NCBI GenBank assembly: GCA_025201805.1
Contig: MU619359.1
Coordinates: 32,397 to 96,396, forward strand
Source: Parasitella parasitica NRRL 2501
Taxonomy: Eukaryota > Fungi > Mucoromycota
Reading direction: 5' to 3'
Length of the DNA: 64,000 nt
In this document: one piece after another, positions 14,033 through 26,359 of the stretch
Layout: each line of letters starts with the position of its first letter
Numbering within the stretch: position 1 is the first letter of the stretch
Translations under genes and position numbers: made by a program
Notes under the pieces: generated by a model
Told to the model about the DNA's origin: nothing
The model's database searches: none
The model's input: only the letters and a program-made list of their open reading frames with translations

Positions 14033-14501
14033 CATTATTATTACTGTGTGGGATAGGGATCACTTACGATCGCCATTGATAGATGCTGGTAAAAATGGAG
14101 GTGCACAGGCTGCATCGGGCGGTAGAGCTGGTACCAGGGAAGGCGTTGTGGATGCTTTAACTCGCAAGACTGGCATGTCTATGGAAGAGGCCTGTCAAAT
14201 TTTGAATATTACAAAAGAGGCTGATCTTACAAAACTGTCGAAGGCAAGTTGACTATTATGCTTTGCTGGGATTTGTCTAACCCATTGACATTTTCTACAG
14301 AATTACGACCATTTATTTTCAGCAAATGATCCAGCCAAAGGAGGCTCCTTTTACATTCAATCCAAAGTGGTGAGGGCCAAAGAGAGATTTGACATGGAGA
14401 AAGCATCAGAGTTAAAAACAAAGGCAACTGAAGAGGCAGCAGCAGCAGCAGCAAAAGCAGCCGAATCCCAGCAACCACCTCCACCTCCACCCAATGCTTG
14501 A
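13843..14501 (+). CDS. PAM16: Mitochondrial import motor subunit Pam16/Tim16
   Basis: M|[70 protein letters not shown]; requires two GC-AG introns. Confidence 0.93.
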
Positions 14502-14646
14502 TCCGTTTTTGTTTTGATTTTTCAACTTATTACATACAATAAACCATAAAATAGATCCTTTTTTTTATTTATTTTATTCATGTAATAGTTATGTGGTTCT
14601 CTTATAGAGAGGGGATAGTTTGGATATTGATGATGGGAGGCGTATC

Positions 14647-15547
14647 TCAAGCTCTGCATGATCCAAAAGCTATAAAAGAGGGTACTTTATTAATGATGTA
14701 TTCAAAGATGGCGAACAAACAAACGACTTACTGGGGAAACCACAGACAGATGCAGCGATAAAGTATGCAATCAACTACAAAAGATATTAAAAGGATATGT
14801 TGGCGATCGAATAAACTGAATTCACATGCTACTTACAAAGCAAACCAAACAAATCATGGCCATAATCTTGGTATTTTTCCACCACATGGCACGCTTCAAA
14901 TGTGTGCTTCTCTTTTTAAAGGCAAATGCTTGCTGATTCAAATTATCAGTTTTGTCAACCAACAGCTCAATACGTTCACCTCTCTCCAAGACTCTTTCAA
15001 TATTATGAACCATCACATCCTTGACTTGCTCGATTTCACCATGAACTTGCTTCAAACGATCCGCATTTGGATTTGTTGAAAAGTATTCCATTTGTTTTTC
15101 GATCACTCGAGAAAACTCGTTCAGACCGTAAGGTGGTGCTTCAAATGCTCTGTTCTTACCATATGTGTTGAGGAACCTTTCTTTTAAATCTTGTAAAAAG
15201 ATAAAGGGGATACGGCGACCAAACGAATCATCAGCCATGCACATGTAAGTAATGCCATCTTCACAAATGTAATGAAACAGATATCTAAATATATACAGCC
15301 ATGAATAACAGGGCAAGTCTGTACAGCCAATTGCTGCCTTACCTATCGTAAACATAGGTCAGTTTGGAGTTGTTTGGTGGGATTTTTTCAAGAATAGCTT
15401 GAGTCACTGCATCAGCAAGGAAAAAATATTAGTTGGTAGTTTTCAAGTTATTCAGTATACCTTACCCGTGGCGAAATTTCCGCTGCTATTGGTGTGCTCT
15501 GCCAGGATGGTTGATCCACGAGCAACAAGGCCATAAATAAGCGACAT
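14647..15547 (-). CDS. VAMP7: Longin R-SNARE VAMP7-like
   Basis: MSLIYGLVARGSTILAEH longin domain, FGRRIPFIFL, VKDVMVHNIERVLERGERIELLVDKT R-SNARE motif, C-terminal TM. Confidence 0.92.
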
Positions 15548-16293
15548 GTTTAGCGAAATAAAATGATGTAAAAAAAAAAGAGGATTAAAAAGAAAAGTGA
15601 TACAACGAAGGGCAAGGCATGTCTATTTGTTAGTTAATGCTTCTACACGTGATAGATCCCCGACTATCGCCATCAATTTACTCATCACCAGCCGCTTGGA
15701 AAAAGATGGCTTGCCGTACAGTCTCCTATCATGACGTAGATTGGCCCAGTAAACAGAGCTGCGTCCCTGATACGTTTGATGGATCAGGATACAAACATGC
15801 TGTGTGAAGTCAATATAAACAATAATGTATGCCTGTCTGTACAGCTGTTTGGCAAGCGTACACTGTAGAATTTGCATTGCTGTTGATGCAGCAATCTGCT
15901 GCTACCATTTATTGAAATCACTGGCTTTTGGTGCATTAAGGAGCTTATTGTTTCGGTATGTATAGGATGTTCCCGCCATTTCATAACCTACGGCAAATTC
16001 TGGCTCTGGAGTTTGTTTTTTCAGATATTGCTTTCGACACAGTCAATCTCCCAGCCATCTCTACAGCAAATCTAAATTTACTTCCAAGATTTCTATCCAT
16101 AATAGGTCTAAGGGTCTTGGCACTCAAGTGGTCACCAAAGAACAGGGCCAATAAAAGAAACATGCGAAGCCCTTGTCTAGTGAATAGCCTTGCTTCTGAA
16201 TCGTCTTTTTAATGGCAGTGTCTCAGGATGGAAAGACTTATATAAGGATCTGTATTTTCTCTTTGCGTTCACTTGCAAGGAACTTCTTAAAAA

Positions 16294-17218
16294 ATGTTGA
16301 ATTTCTTGACACTCATCTTACTGTTTACTGCTTTGAGTTCAGTAGCAGGTGAAAACTACTTTTACGGTCTCAACTATGGCATCAATCAAAACGCTTGTCC
16401 CTCCTACGAAACCATAAAGTCTGAATTCACGCAAATCAAAAAGTATACAAATCGTGTTCGCACGTTTTCTTTGTCTGTTTGCAATGAAGGTGCTTTGGCA
16501 TTACAAGCAGCGAATGAACTGGGCATGAACATCTATTTGGGCATGTGGATCGATCGTCCTGATACATTCGACGCCGAAATGGCAGCATTGAAGAACATCC
16601 TTGCCAACACGCAGCAAGAATCTTTGGACAAAGTAGATGCTCTTATTGTTGGCTCTGAGGTTCTCTACAGAAAAGATACTGATGCAAACTCATTGGCAAA
16701 TTACATTAGCACCGTTAGAGATTTGGTAAAACCAAAGGGTATTAGCGTAACCACTGCCGATGTCTACTACGAGTTCCCTCCTGTAGTCGTTGAGAAATTG
16801 GACTTTTTAATGATGTAAATTTATCTTTGTAATAAGAACATGTCATATGTCTAACTGTTTGAGTAGGAATGCGTTCCCCTATTGGGAAGGAGTAACTGCA
16901 GACCAAGGTGCTTCCACGTTGATGGCTCATTATGATTCCGTTGTACAAAAAGCTAATGGTAAACCTGTTCGTATTTCTGAGACTGGCTGGCCTTCGTCTG
17001 GTGGCAACTTTGGTGCTTCCGTTGCTTCACCAGCTAACGAAAAATTGTACCTGTCAAATGTTCTTTGTATCACTCGACAAAGAAACATTGACTTGATCTA
17101 CTTTTCTGCCAGAGATGAACCTTACAAGGCCGGTGTAGAAGCCTACTGGGGTGTTATGTACTCTAATTTCACTCTAAAGAGTAACCTTCCCACCACGTTA
17201 CTTGCAAATCCATGCTAA
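16294..17218 (+). CDS. Secreted GH17 beta-1,3-glucanase/glucanosyltransferase
   Basis: Signal peptide, IVGSEVLYR (acid/base Glu), M|NAFPYWEG, ISETGWPS (nucleophile Glu); one intron ~16815-16866. Confidence 0.92.
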
Positions 17219-17334
17219 ATTCGATTTTGAATTGATCATTAAATAAAATTTATTCTTTTTCTTTTTTTTTTGTACAAATGGTCGTAGTGTGCCGAGGAAA
17301 AGAGTGCGTGTATGTTTGTTGTTGATTACAATAT

Positions 17335-18206
17335 CTAAAGAGTCTTTTGTCTGTCATCCTCTGCTTCACTGATTAATATATCATCGATTTTGGTCATGGT
17401 TTCACTTTTGTTGGCTACAGCGCCAACAGTTACTGAAGGTGATGATTTGATCCACTCTTTGGGGAACTCTAGTCTCTGCTTAGGCTGTGGCAAATCAAGA
17501 GGAATATCAGCAAAAGTATCCTTGTGATCCTAACTCACTTATCAGCAAAAGTATCATTTACAACATTAGCGATGCTTATTACCTTTGCCTCCTTGATCAA
17601 CTTTTGCAAAGTATCAATCAAAAACTTTTTGTTTTGCTTGCGATGAGGGAATTTTTCGCTTGACATAGTCAATTCCTCCGTATTTACATTGTATCTAGGT
17701 CCACTCAACAATAAGAGTTTGTGCTTTTCTGTCTCGTTTAATCCTAGATCAGCAATCTTGACACTCAATACTGCTTTACGTTCTACAGGATGTCCTTCAC
17801 CCAAGTAAGTATGCGACTTGAACCTCAAAATTTGATCATTTGCAGGTGCTTGAAAAGGTTTGGCATATGCTACAAATGATAAAACCAGGGGGGAGGTAGG
17901 GTTAAAACATCAAATTGACAATGACAAATGTATAATATATATATGTTATTTTTTACCATTCAACTTGGGTAATTCAAATTCTGTTTTTCTCAAGTATTGA
18001 CGAACCTGCCTGATATTATCAAAGAGGTTATGCCCAACAGTGGTTTGGTCATCAAAGTTAAATTTTGGCATAAAGTCGACATCAAATTTCTTTTCGGCTT
18101 TTCTACGAGTGCCAGTTTGACGGCCTGCTAGTGCAATAGAGCTGGTTGAGAATTGTTTCATAGCAACCTTGCTAGTGCTGCTGATGTTCACTACTTGCTT
18201 CAACAT
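17335..18206 (-). CDS. RSM24: Mitochondrial ribosomal small-subunit protein mS35 (Rsm24/MRP-S28 domain)
   Basis: Presequence, FDDQTTVGH..RQVRQYLRKTEFELPKL, YLGEGHPVERK, HKLLLLSGPRYN, SSEKFP..QNK; two introns. Confidence 0.85.
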
Positions 18207-19867
18207 GTTTGACAAGATTTTTGTTAAAAACAAAAAGAATACATTTCTATTTTACTAGGGCAAGGCCAACCTGCCTTCAAAACATTCAAACTCAAAAAGT
18301 AGCCCAATGTGACGTGAGGACACTATCTACCTCAGTGTTCATCCAATGCCAACCACAATGATAGCAAACAGGGAAACCCTACCTCAACAGCATGTTGAGT
18401 TTTTTTTTCATTTTATAGCTTCAACATCTCGTAGTAGCCTAATCTAGTATTTTAGCATTCTCATTTAGCTTATCGTTGAACAATACTCTTAGTGAACGTT
18501 CCTTCTGGACTACCTTACTAATCACAATCGACTACAAAGGCCATTGATTAAACTGAGGGCTTAGTATAACTTACACTATCACTACTATATTATGAGCGTT
18601 TATTGTTATTGATATCATTACCATGAAAGTGCTTTATAAAAGCTAAAACTTTACATCAATAAAAATCTAAGTTTTGATTTTTCCTTTTTTTTTTTTTTCT
18701 TGCCATTCAGCAATTTAGTCAAAAATAATCAAGATTAACCTTTCTTTTCAAGAATAGAGGGTGATCTTACTATTCATCTGCAGAAGCAAAAATACACGTG
18801 TCGCAGGTTTGTTTCTTTATTTTCTAGTATCCATAAAAAAAGGTGTTTATAATGAAACATTTGAGATAGAATTTGATAAAAAACTTGGTTTTGATGTAAA
18901 AGTCTAAACTCCAAATCAATCTTTTGCATCTAAACTTTGATTTCATCCTACTGATATCAAAGCAATGGATAGCATATCCTTAAGAGCATTCGAATAATTT
19001 ATATTGTATGTCTTCTTTGAGTGATAGTACTATTTTATATTTTTTTCTACATTTTTTACAATAAATGTGAGCTGCGTGTATGATGTACATGTACACTATT
19101 TAAGACTAAAAAGCTGCTCGTATTCGTGGAAACTATCTCAAGAAAATTCTATAAATCACTTGCCTTTGACGGAAAGAAATAAATTTCCAAAAACTGTAGA
19201 TCATTAACTTTGAAAGCAAGAAGGACCTCTTACTCAGTGGTTTTGATTGAATTTTCAAAATGCCCAACATCCAATTGAACTAAATAATTGTGTAAGGCCT
19301 CATCATTGCCTCAAATGGCTTCATTAGAGTTGAAGAGAAATGTATCAGAAACTACTGGATCAAAGCGTAAAGTACAGATTGGCTCTTTGCAAAACGATAT
19401 GGAATCGCTACCTCCTCATTTACATGACACGACAAACTTCCAGGTGTAAAAAACGATCTCCAGACCCAAAGCGCCTTCCACTTGAAATTTGGATCATATT
19501 CGCAGCATATACATTATGCATGGTTGCATCAGCTCAGTTGATTGGTGTAGGTCTCACAAACTGCCAACGTTACGATATAATAATGTATACATTCGGATGA
19601 TGACAATTGCGTAGTACCAATTTTTTCATGAACATGCATAATTAAAGCAAGATCTCTTAACCACAGCCAGAACAAGCAAATCGATGATGAAAAAGTTCAG
19701 ATTAAACAGATTATACACATACGTTCAGCAGTTTACAACAACAACAAAAACAAAACAAAAAATTTGCATCGTATACATGGATCTACAGGCTACTGAATCA
19801 AGTTTAGAATCAAATTTCAAATCCAACATTTAATGTGCTTGTTGGGTCTCTACATTAGTAACTTTTT

Positions 19868-20422
19868 TTATTTTTTAAATAATCCCTTGACTCTATTCAT
19901 AACCCCACGCTTTCTACCGTGCTCCTTTTCATGCTGTTGATTCTGTTTCTCATCTACTACTGGCTGCTGATTATCGCTTGTTGCTGTTGCGGACAACCCA
20001 GAGAAGCTAGACTGCAATTCTTGGATAGTTTGCATGTCCAGTTGAATACCAGCCGCCTGCATACTTTGAGCCAGTTTTTTAACATCTTCCTTGATTTCAG
20101 GGTCATTCATGACCTTCATGACCTGCATAAAACTAGGTTGCTTCCCAGACACATCAACGCCTTTAGACTGAAGCAATTGAGTAAAATCTATAAGCTGCTG
20201 CATGATTTGAGGGTGCTGTTGAATTTTTTCGATGAGTGGATGCTGAGGTGGTGGAGTCTGTTGCCAGTCGTGCGAGGAAGCAAACAATTGTTTTGCGCTT
20301 GTGTGCATTCTGCTTCTAGTAGCAGTCAAGTAGATGCTGCGTTGACATTGGACACGAAATGTACTGAGGATAAGCTGGCGAGTGGTAGGTAAGGTTGCCT
20401 TTTGAATAATACGATACAACAT
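19868..20422 (-). CDS. Hypothetical mitochondrion-targeted protein with STI1/DP-like helical region
   Basis: Intact 184-aa ORF, Arg/Ser/Thr-rich presequence, HPQIMQQL and MNDPEIK motifs. Confidence 0.65.
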   Translation of the reverse strand: MLYRIIQKATLPTTRQLILSTFRVQCQRSIYLTATRSRMHTSAKQLFASSHDWQQTPPPQHPLIEKIQQHPQIMQQLIDFTQLLQSKGVDVSGKQPSFMQVMKVMNDPEIKEDVKKLAQSMQAAGIQLDMQTIQELQSSFSGLSATATSDNQQPVVDEKQNQQHEKEHGRKRGVMNRVKGLFKK

Positions 20423-21011
20423 GGTTGGAAAGAAAACCTACCTATTGACGAAAAGAGAAGAGAGCAACAGGGTCATGAAAATTATGACACATTTTCTCTT
20501 GTACTAAATACACTAAGAGTCACGTAGTTCAGCATTGAATGAGCTTGCTACACGGTTACCATAAATGAGGCAAGTGGCGAACAAGGAAAATGTAATAAAT
20601 GAAATCAAAGGAGACATCTACGGTATACTATATTGATTCATCCCTTGCTTGTCCCCTCTTTCAGGTCCCCTGTTTCAAAGGAACTGCGTGCTTGGCATCC
20701 ACAACTAGGTTATATATACAATTTATTTCAAAATTGTACTCAATGCAAAGCATGTCTCGTATGATGTCTTCATGTTGTGTTATAAAGTGTATATATACAT
20801 ATATATAGGAGAATGCCTGCCATGTAAGAACAAGTACATGATGTGTTATTTTGGGAAATGAAACCTAATCAAGGAAAGATCCTACTAATAAAACAGCTAT
20901 TACGCCGTGATGCATATCCTTGATTTTTATGGATATATAAAACACATTAGACATGCTCTTTCCTATTTTTCTTTGTTTCCTTCTTTCTCTCTATTAAAAT
21001 AATATTTCGCC

Positions 21012-21716
21012 ATGAAGCATCAAATGCTGAACCGCTTATCTCGTTTATTTTCATCATCCTCTAATTCTACTGCGCCTAAATCCTCTTCTACTTCTACTAA
21101 TACTACTTCTACTACTACTACTACCACCACTACTACTACTAATACTACTGCCACTAGTGTATCATATGAACCATCTCATTATAACCATAGCACTTTAAGA
21201 CAAAAGCAGACATATAGCAATAGTACGCAAAAAAAGAGCCGTTGGTCAACACTGGGCATTGGTAAAAGGGCGAAGCGTCAAGGCATTCCCGTTGGTGAAT
21301 GGCTTCCACCACCACCTCCTCCAATCGAAAAAGCAACAAAGAAACCAACAGAAAAAGATACAAACCGGGATTCAGTTATATCTTCAACTCCTAGCAATGT
21401 AGGGTGCTATTATGATGAAAAAGTCGAAATTATTGTGCCCTCAGCATCGATCAACTCCTTTTTGTCAACCGCCAGTAATAATAGTGGTCATCAACACACT
21501 TCATTTTACTTTTCATCACCTCGTATGTCTCCACAACTAGAGGCTGATGAACATTTGCATACACCCAGAACATCCATTGATGACCAAGAGTCTCTTAAGC
21601 CCGAAAAGCCTTTTGCTCCGGTTCATGGCCTTGGAATTATGGTCAACCACATTTTGAAAGATGCATTTACGGTTGCGGATCATGATATATTTGATAAGGA
21701 TGATTTTTATGATTAG
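21012..21716 (+). CDS. Hypothetical Ser/Thr-rich, likely disordered protein
   Basis: 234-aa ORF, TATA-like element at ~20934 and pyrimidine-rich leader; poly-Thr from (ACT)n. Confidence 0.65.
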   Translation: MKHQMLNRLSRLFSSSSNSTAPKSSSTSTNTTSTTTTTTTTTTNTTATSVSYEPSHYNHSTLRQKQTYSNSTQKKSRWSTLGIGKRAKRQGIPVGEWLPPPPPPIEKATKKPTEKDTNRDSVISSTPSNVGCYYDEKVEIIVPSASINSFLSTASNNSGHQHTSFYFSSPRMSPQLEADEHLHTPRTSIDDQESLKPEKPFAPVHGLGIMVNHILKDAFTVADHDIFDKDDFYD

Positions 21717-22222
21717 ACAACTACAAAAAAGTGGCCTTGTACTACAAATATACCCAATTCATTTCTGCACATATACACGCAACACTTATGCTTATCATCC
21801 AATATTCATCACATATTATTAGACAATTACATTCTATAGATTATCATTATCCTTTATCATTATAATAATAAAAAAAAAGTATTTACATATATGATTTCAA
21901 ATATACACTCTCATGACTATGCAATGCATCTGTTCCCTCTTTTCAACAAGTCAAAACTTACGTTTCATCATTCAGAAGAATGAGGCATTTTTATGTATGG
22001 TTTGTATCACTTTTGTGCAACTAACTTTTACGAAATGTCGGTAACGGTTCAACCTAAAGCTTCTAACGATCCTTTTTTTCTAAACTGGCTCAAGGGTATT
22101 GGCTCTATAGCTACCAACACACTCCCCTTTCACGTTTCGTCGTAAACAATGAATATTTAATACAAAGGACAACGATATGCTCCAACACGAGATGCATGTT
22201 CATGTATATAGCCAAGATCACA

Positions 22223-22224
<2 letters not shown>

Positions 22225-22313
<89 letters not shown>

Positions 22314-22325
22314 TTTTTTTTTTTT
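22225..22325. repeat. ~100-nt poly(T) tract
   Basis: Directly visible homopolymer with one interrupting A. Confidence 0.9.
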
Positions 22326-23843
22326 CATCTTTTTGAACATTAAATTTTCGTGTAATTGCACATTTGGCATTGCGTTCTAATGTGATAGACGCACGAAAAA
22401 AGGGTCTTTTCTTCAAACAACCATATTATTTAGTTTATTATATCGTTAAGATAATTGGTATAAGTATAGTACTATCCTTGGAGAGTCAAAACATGTACAC
22501 ATTTGGATTTTTGTTAATACATTTAGTCTTTTGTCAGACGTATTAGACGCGCTTTTTAATCGATTAATACTTGAGAATGATGTAAAGAGCATGAACTAGT
22601 TGTGTTGCGCGGATTAGAACTTCTCGATTTCCTCATCCTGTAATTATAGACTTACCGATTCCAGGAATGAAACCAAGACAGGTCAAGGCAACATTGATAG
22701 CGAGGTCGCAAGTACAACCCCTCTCCCAGAAGACACCAAGAGGGGGCAAGACGACAGCTATAGGGTTGCTTTAATACAATCAAATCTACAATGAATTTTA
22801 ATTTATATTAACTTACCAGCAATAATTTTACAGATATCAGAAGTAGTGAAAGCCATTATAAATGTATATATATAACGAGATGAAAAAGATTGAAATGTAA
22901 AGAAATCATAGGCGCCCTTTTTATATTTTAAAATTGAATAAACGTTTTTTGTTTTCATGATATCATTGAATTTCCTTTTTCGATTTGAGTTGGCTTTCTT
23001 TTTAAGCCGTCTTTGTGAAAGAGTCGACCAATCATCCAGTTAACTGATCGTACGAAAATTTATAAATAACATGGCGGACATTTGTCATCCAAGTAGAAAA
23101 GACACTATACTACCTGAAGGTCAATGCCTCTTGAAGCAAATCAGGCTGCATAGGTCATGTTGAAACTATTTTATAGACATGTCAAACTAGTTTGCTTGTC
23201 AAATCCATTTCCATAGCAACGCCCTTAAAACTCAGTTCAGGTACAAGATTATATAAATCTAATCTGCACCATTGTGGAGTTTCTACGGTCGAATTGATGT
23301 AGAAGCTATTGTAGTTTTTTTTGGGTACTGACATTTGCATAAAAAATGGGTCGCAGGATTACACCTATTATTATAAAATTTTTAATGGGGTAAAAAGAAA
23401 TCAGCTGCTTCAGAATGTACAATGATTCGACGGTATACATTACAAATGGGGCATGAGTTTTCTATTTCTATTGTATCATATGTCAAGAATATATACATTT
23501 AAAAATATATATATGTACATAATTTATCCAATATGCTGAAGCGTCGACAGAAATGATAATAATGTTTGACAATAACAGCCAAAATGTGGAGATAGTAAGA
23601 ATAACAAATAATATGAAATTGTCAGTCTAGTACAATACAAATGCAATCAAGAAAAAATCTGTGCATACATATACATATACATATACATATGTTGCACATA
23701 TCATACCAGCGAACTGTAAATGAACGAATATTCATTCACTCTTTATTGGTCATGAGATGTAAGCATCTTACTATAGCTATAAATATATGTATTAGACAAG
23801 ACAAGATATACCAAAGACAATGAAAACATGATGACGATCCTTT

Positions 23844-26242
23844 TTAGTTTTCTTGGAGACGGTAAGAGCCGTGAGCAAAACTAAGTGGCACCAGTTTTTC
23901 CAAATCAGCAGTAGCTAAAACTTGCAAAGATCCAGCATCCAAAACAAGTAAGAATGAAGTCGATTTAGCTGAATCCATGACCACACTGATTAATACACCT
24001 TCATCTTCACCGACTTCATCTTCGGGACCGATCGAGGGTCTTGGTACGAATACGGCTTCACTAGGATAGCAGAAATCTTGATGCCATGAAGCCACAATCT
24101 GTTTTGTGTCCAGATTCTAAAAATAAAAATAAAAGTTGGCGTGTATTTAATCTGAATGGATCAGTATACTTACTGTCTTAACAATACTATCCCAAATTGC
24201 ACCATCCTTTAATGAACTCGTAGCTGAAAAGCCAAGACCATACATGATAGAGTGCTTGTACATGTTATATCTTGGATTGATTTGAGGTAGCTCGATAGGG
24301 GGTTGAACGCGCTTGTCATATGAGGCAATAGGCATCCATGAATACCATTTATTCGCAACAGAGTCTTGGTTATTGTACTCTATGTCATTGGCAGAAGGTG
24401 CCTGTTTCCTACCAAAAAGACCTATAATACGAGTAGTAACGCTATTCTTGGATGGTATCGATGAACTATTTGCCATATAAGAGATTTTCTCTTCCTCGAT
24501 GTTGGCAAGTAGATAGCGTCTCACTTCAGATGCCACCAATCGAGACGGTTGCATTGTAGAGGGATTACGTAAATACTCCGTTGTGAGCTGTCGAGCAATT
24601 GTGTCATCAGGGTAACAGATCATGTCTAAATATACATTATCACGATCATCCTCAAAAGCGTTGATGTGATTAAATACAAAACAAGGATCAGAGCGATAGG
24701 TGGCTATAACATCGCCTTTTTCACGAGAAATGACATAGAATAATGTAGGTTCTGAGGGTCTGAATGAGAAGGAATCCATGATACTTTCGTTCCAATTGTA
24801 CTTGACACCGCCGGCATTAGCTAAAATAGGGCAAATTACCTATATTGAGATTTAATAGCTTTTCCAGATAAACAAAAAGACGAACTCCAACTTACAAAAA
24901 TGATATATTTGGACGTAATTGAAAAGGTATTGACATAGGCCATAGGTGCAGTAATAGAAGCAAGAAGAGATCCTTTTGGATTCCTTTCAGAGATCGAAAA
25001 GAAATTATACTTTACTGATTGATAGCCCACTTCCATTAAGTAGTTGATGTATTCTCCAGTGCGAGAATCGTATTTGCCGTTAGGACAAGAGCTTGTGCCT
25101 TTGAATTTAGGGTTGAGTTCGTTCCATTGAAGTACACGAGTGGGCTTCAAATCAAAAGGATCCAGTTCTTGTACATGATTAGCATGATTCAGAGCAAATA
25201 ATCTTCCCTCTAAACCTGGAATGTTGGCTAAAATGCGAGCACTGCAGGGCTCAGCATCAGGCTTTTTCACTTTGGACGATCCAAGAACTTTTGACAGCAC
25301 CGTTTGGTTGGTATCCGACATGTAAAGCGCGCTGGGATGTTGAGGTGCATAGCCGTGGTGCTCTCTAATCTTTTCTACTAGTTTACGACTGGTCGATCTG
25401 TGTCTGTAGGTAACTGAATTTCTGGAGCCATTCAAATCAAATCTATTCACCAAGGGAAGACTTTTTATACTCATAAAATTTAGCCAAATTTTCTTCAGTC
25501 GATCTCCCATATTGACTTACGCATCAAACCAATGTCCAAATGTATAGAATGCACTAGCATTCTGAAGTTCGCCGTCAACTTCAACCTTACGAGTATACTT
25601 GATATCAAACGTAGAAGGACCAATGGTAAAATGCTCTCCAATCAACCACTCTGGTAATTGACCTGTTACGTTCAAATCATCGATTTTATCACTATCTTGG
25701 AAGTTTTGAAATCCCTACATGGTATAAACATGAAACACGATGAGAAACTGGACAATCTTAATCAAAAAATAAAAGCAAGGAAAACAAACCTTTGTAGCTG
25801 AAGTATCTTTGTCCAAATCTTCTTGAATGATAGGCTCGTTTTGGTTATCTATGTCAAATACAGTAGTGGTGGCAACCGGAATTGGGCCCTCTGTTTCATT
25901 CTCTTGCAATAGAGCATTATCTTCTGGTTGAGCAGCCCAAGGATCGTTATTCTCATACTCTTCCAACGATAATGAAGCGAGTGGATGTTCCTTTTTATTA
26001 CTATCCCAATCCTCCTCCTCCTCAGCAACAGCGGCAGCGGCAGCAACAGCAACAGCAGAAGTTGTTGTAGTGATAATTGCTTCATCTTGTTGTTGGTCTT
26101 TCTCGGGCTCGACAGCGTGTTGACGAACATTACCTAACAAATCAGTCGCTTCTGGTTGAATACCAACCGGCTTGTTTTGAACAAGAGCTGTTTGTTCTTC
26201 TTCGCTTATATCAATTAATGAGACTCTATTTGTATCAGACAT
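23844..26242 (-). CDS. Carotenoid cleavage oxygenase (RPE65/CCO family)-like protein, probable pseudoenzyme, with long acidic N-terminal extension
   Basis: VTGQLPEWLIG..GP, FGHWFD, NHINAFED, IELPQINP, YPSEAVFVPRP..EDEGVLISVV, FLLVLDA, SFAHGSY; four GT-AG introns with an intact frame. Confidence 0.9.
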
Positions 26243-26359
26243 CTTGGGAAAAAAAAAAAAGGGAATAAGAAAGATTGAGAGGGCCAGAACAAAAATATGA
26301 AAGCCCAAAATCTGTAAGGGGGCTAAACCCAAAATATCCAACGACCGATTTTATTTATA

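Noticed and set aside
15600-16212. Several overlapping 60-84 aa ORFs between VAMP7 and GH17
   Set aside because: No recognisable motifs; probably divergent promoter region.
18300-18560. Small hairpins and splice-like signals upstream of RSM24
   Set aside because: No coherent ORF or recognisable ncRNA could be assembled.
19340-19600. 86-aa ORF with KRLPLEIWIIF (F-box-like start)
   Set aside because: Only a short motif; no downstream domain or convincing gene structure.
22111-22416. Poly-Lys / poly-Phe ORFs
   Set aside because: Artefacts of the poly(T) tract.
26243-26341. Hydrophobic in-frame extension upstream of the CCO-like ATG
   Set aside because: Starts at TTG and reflects a T-rich promoter/5' UTR; the ATG at 26242 is preferred.
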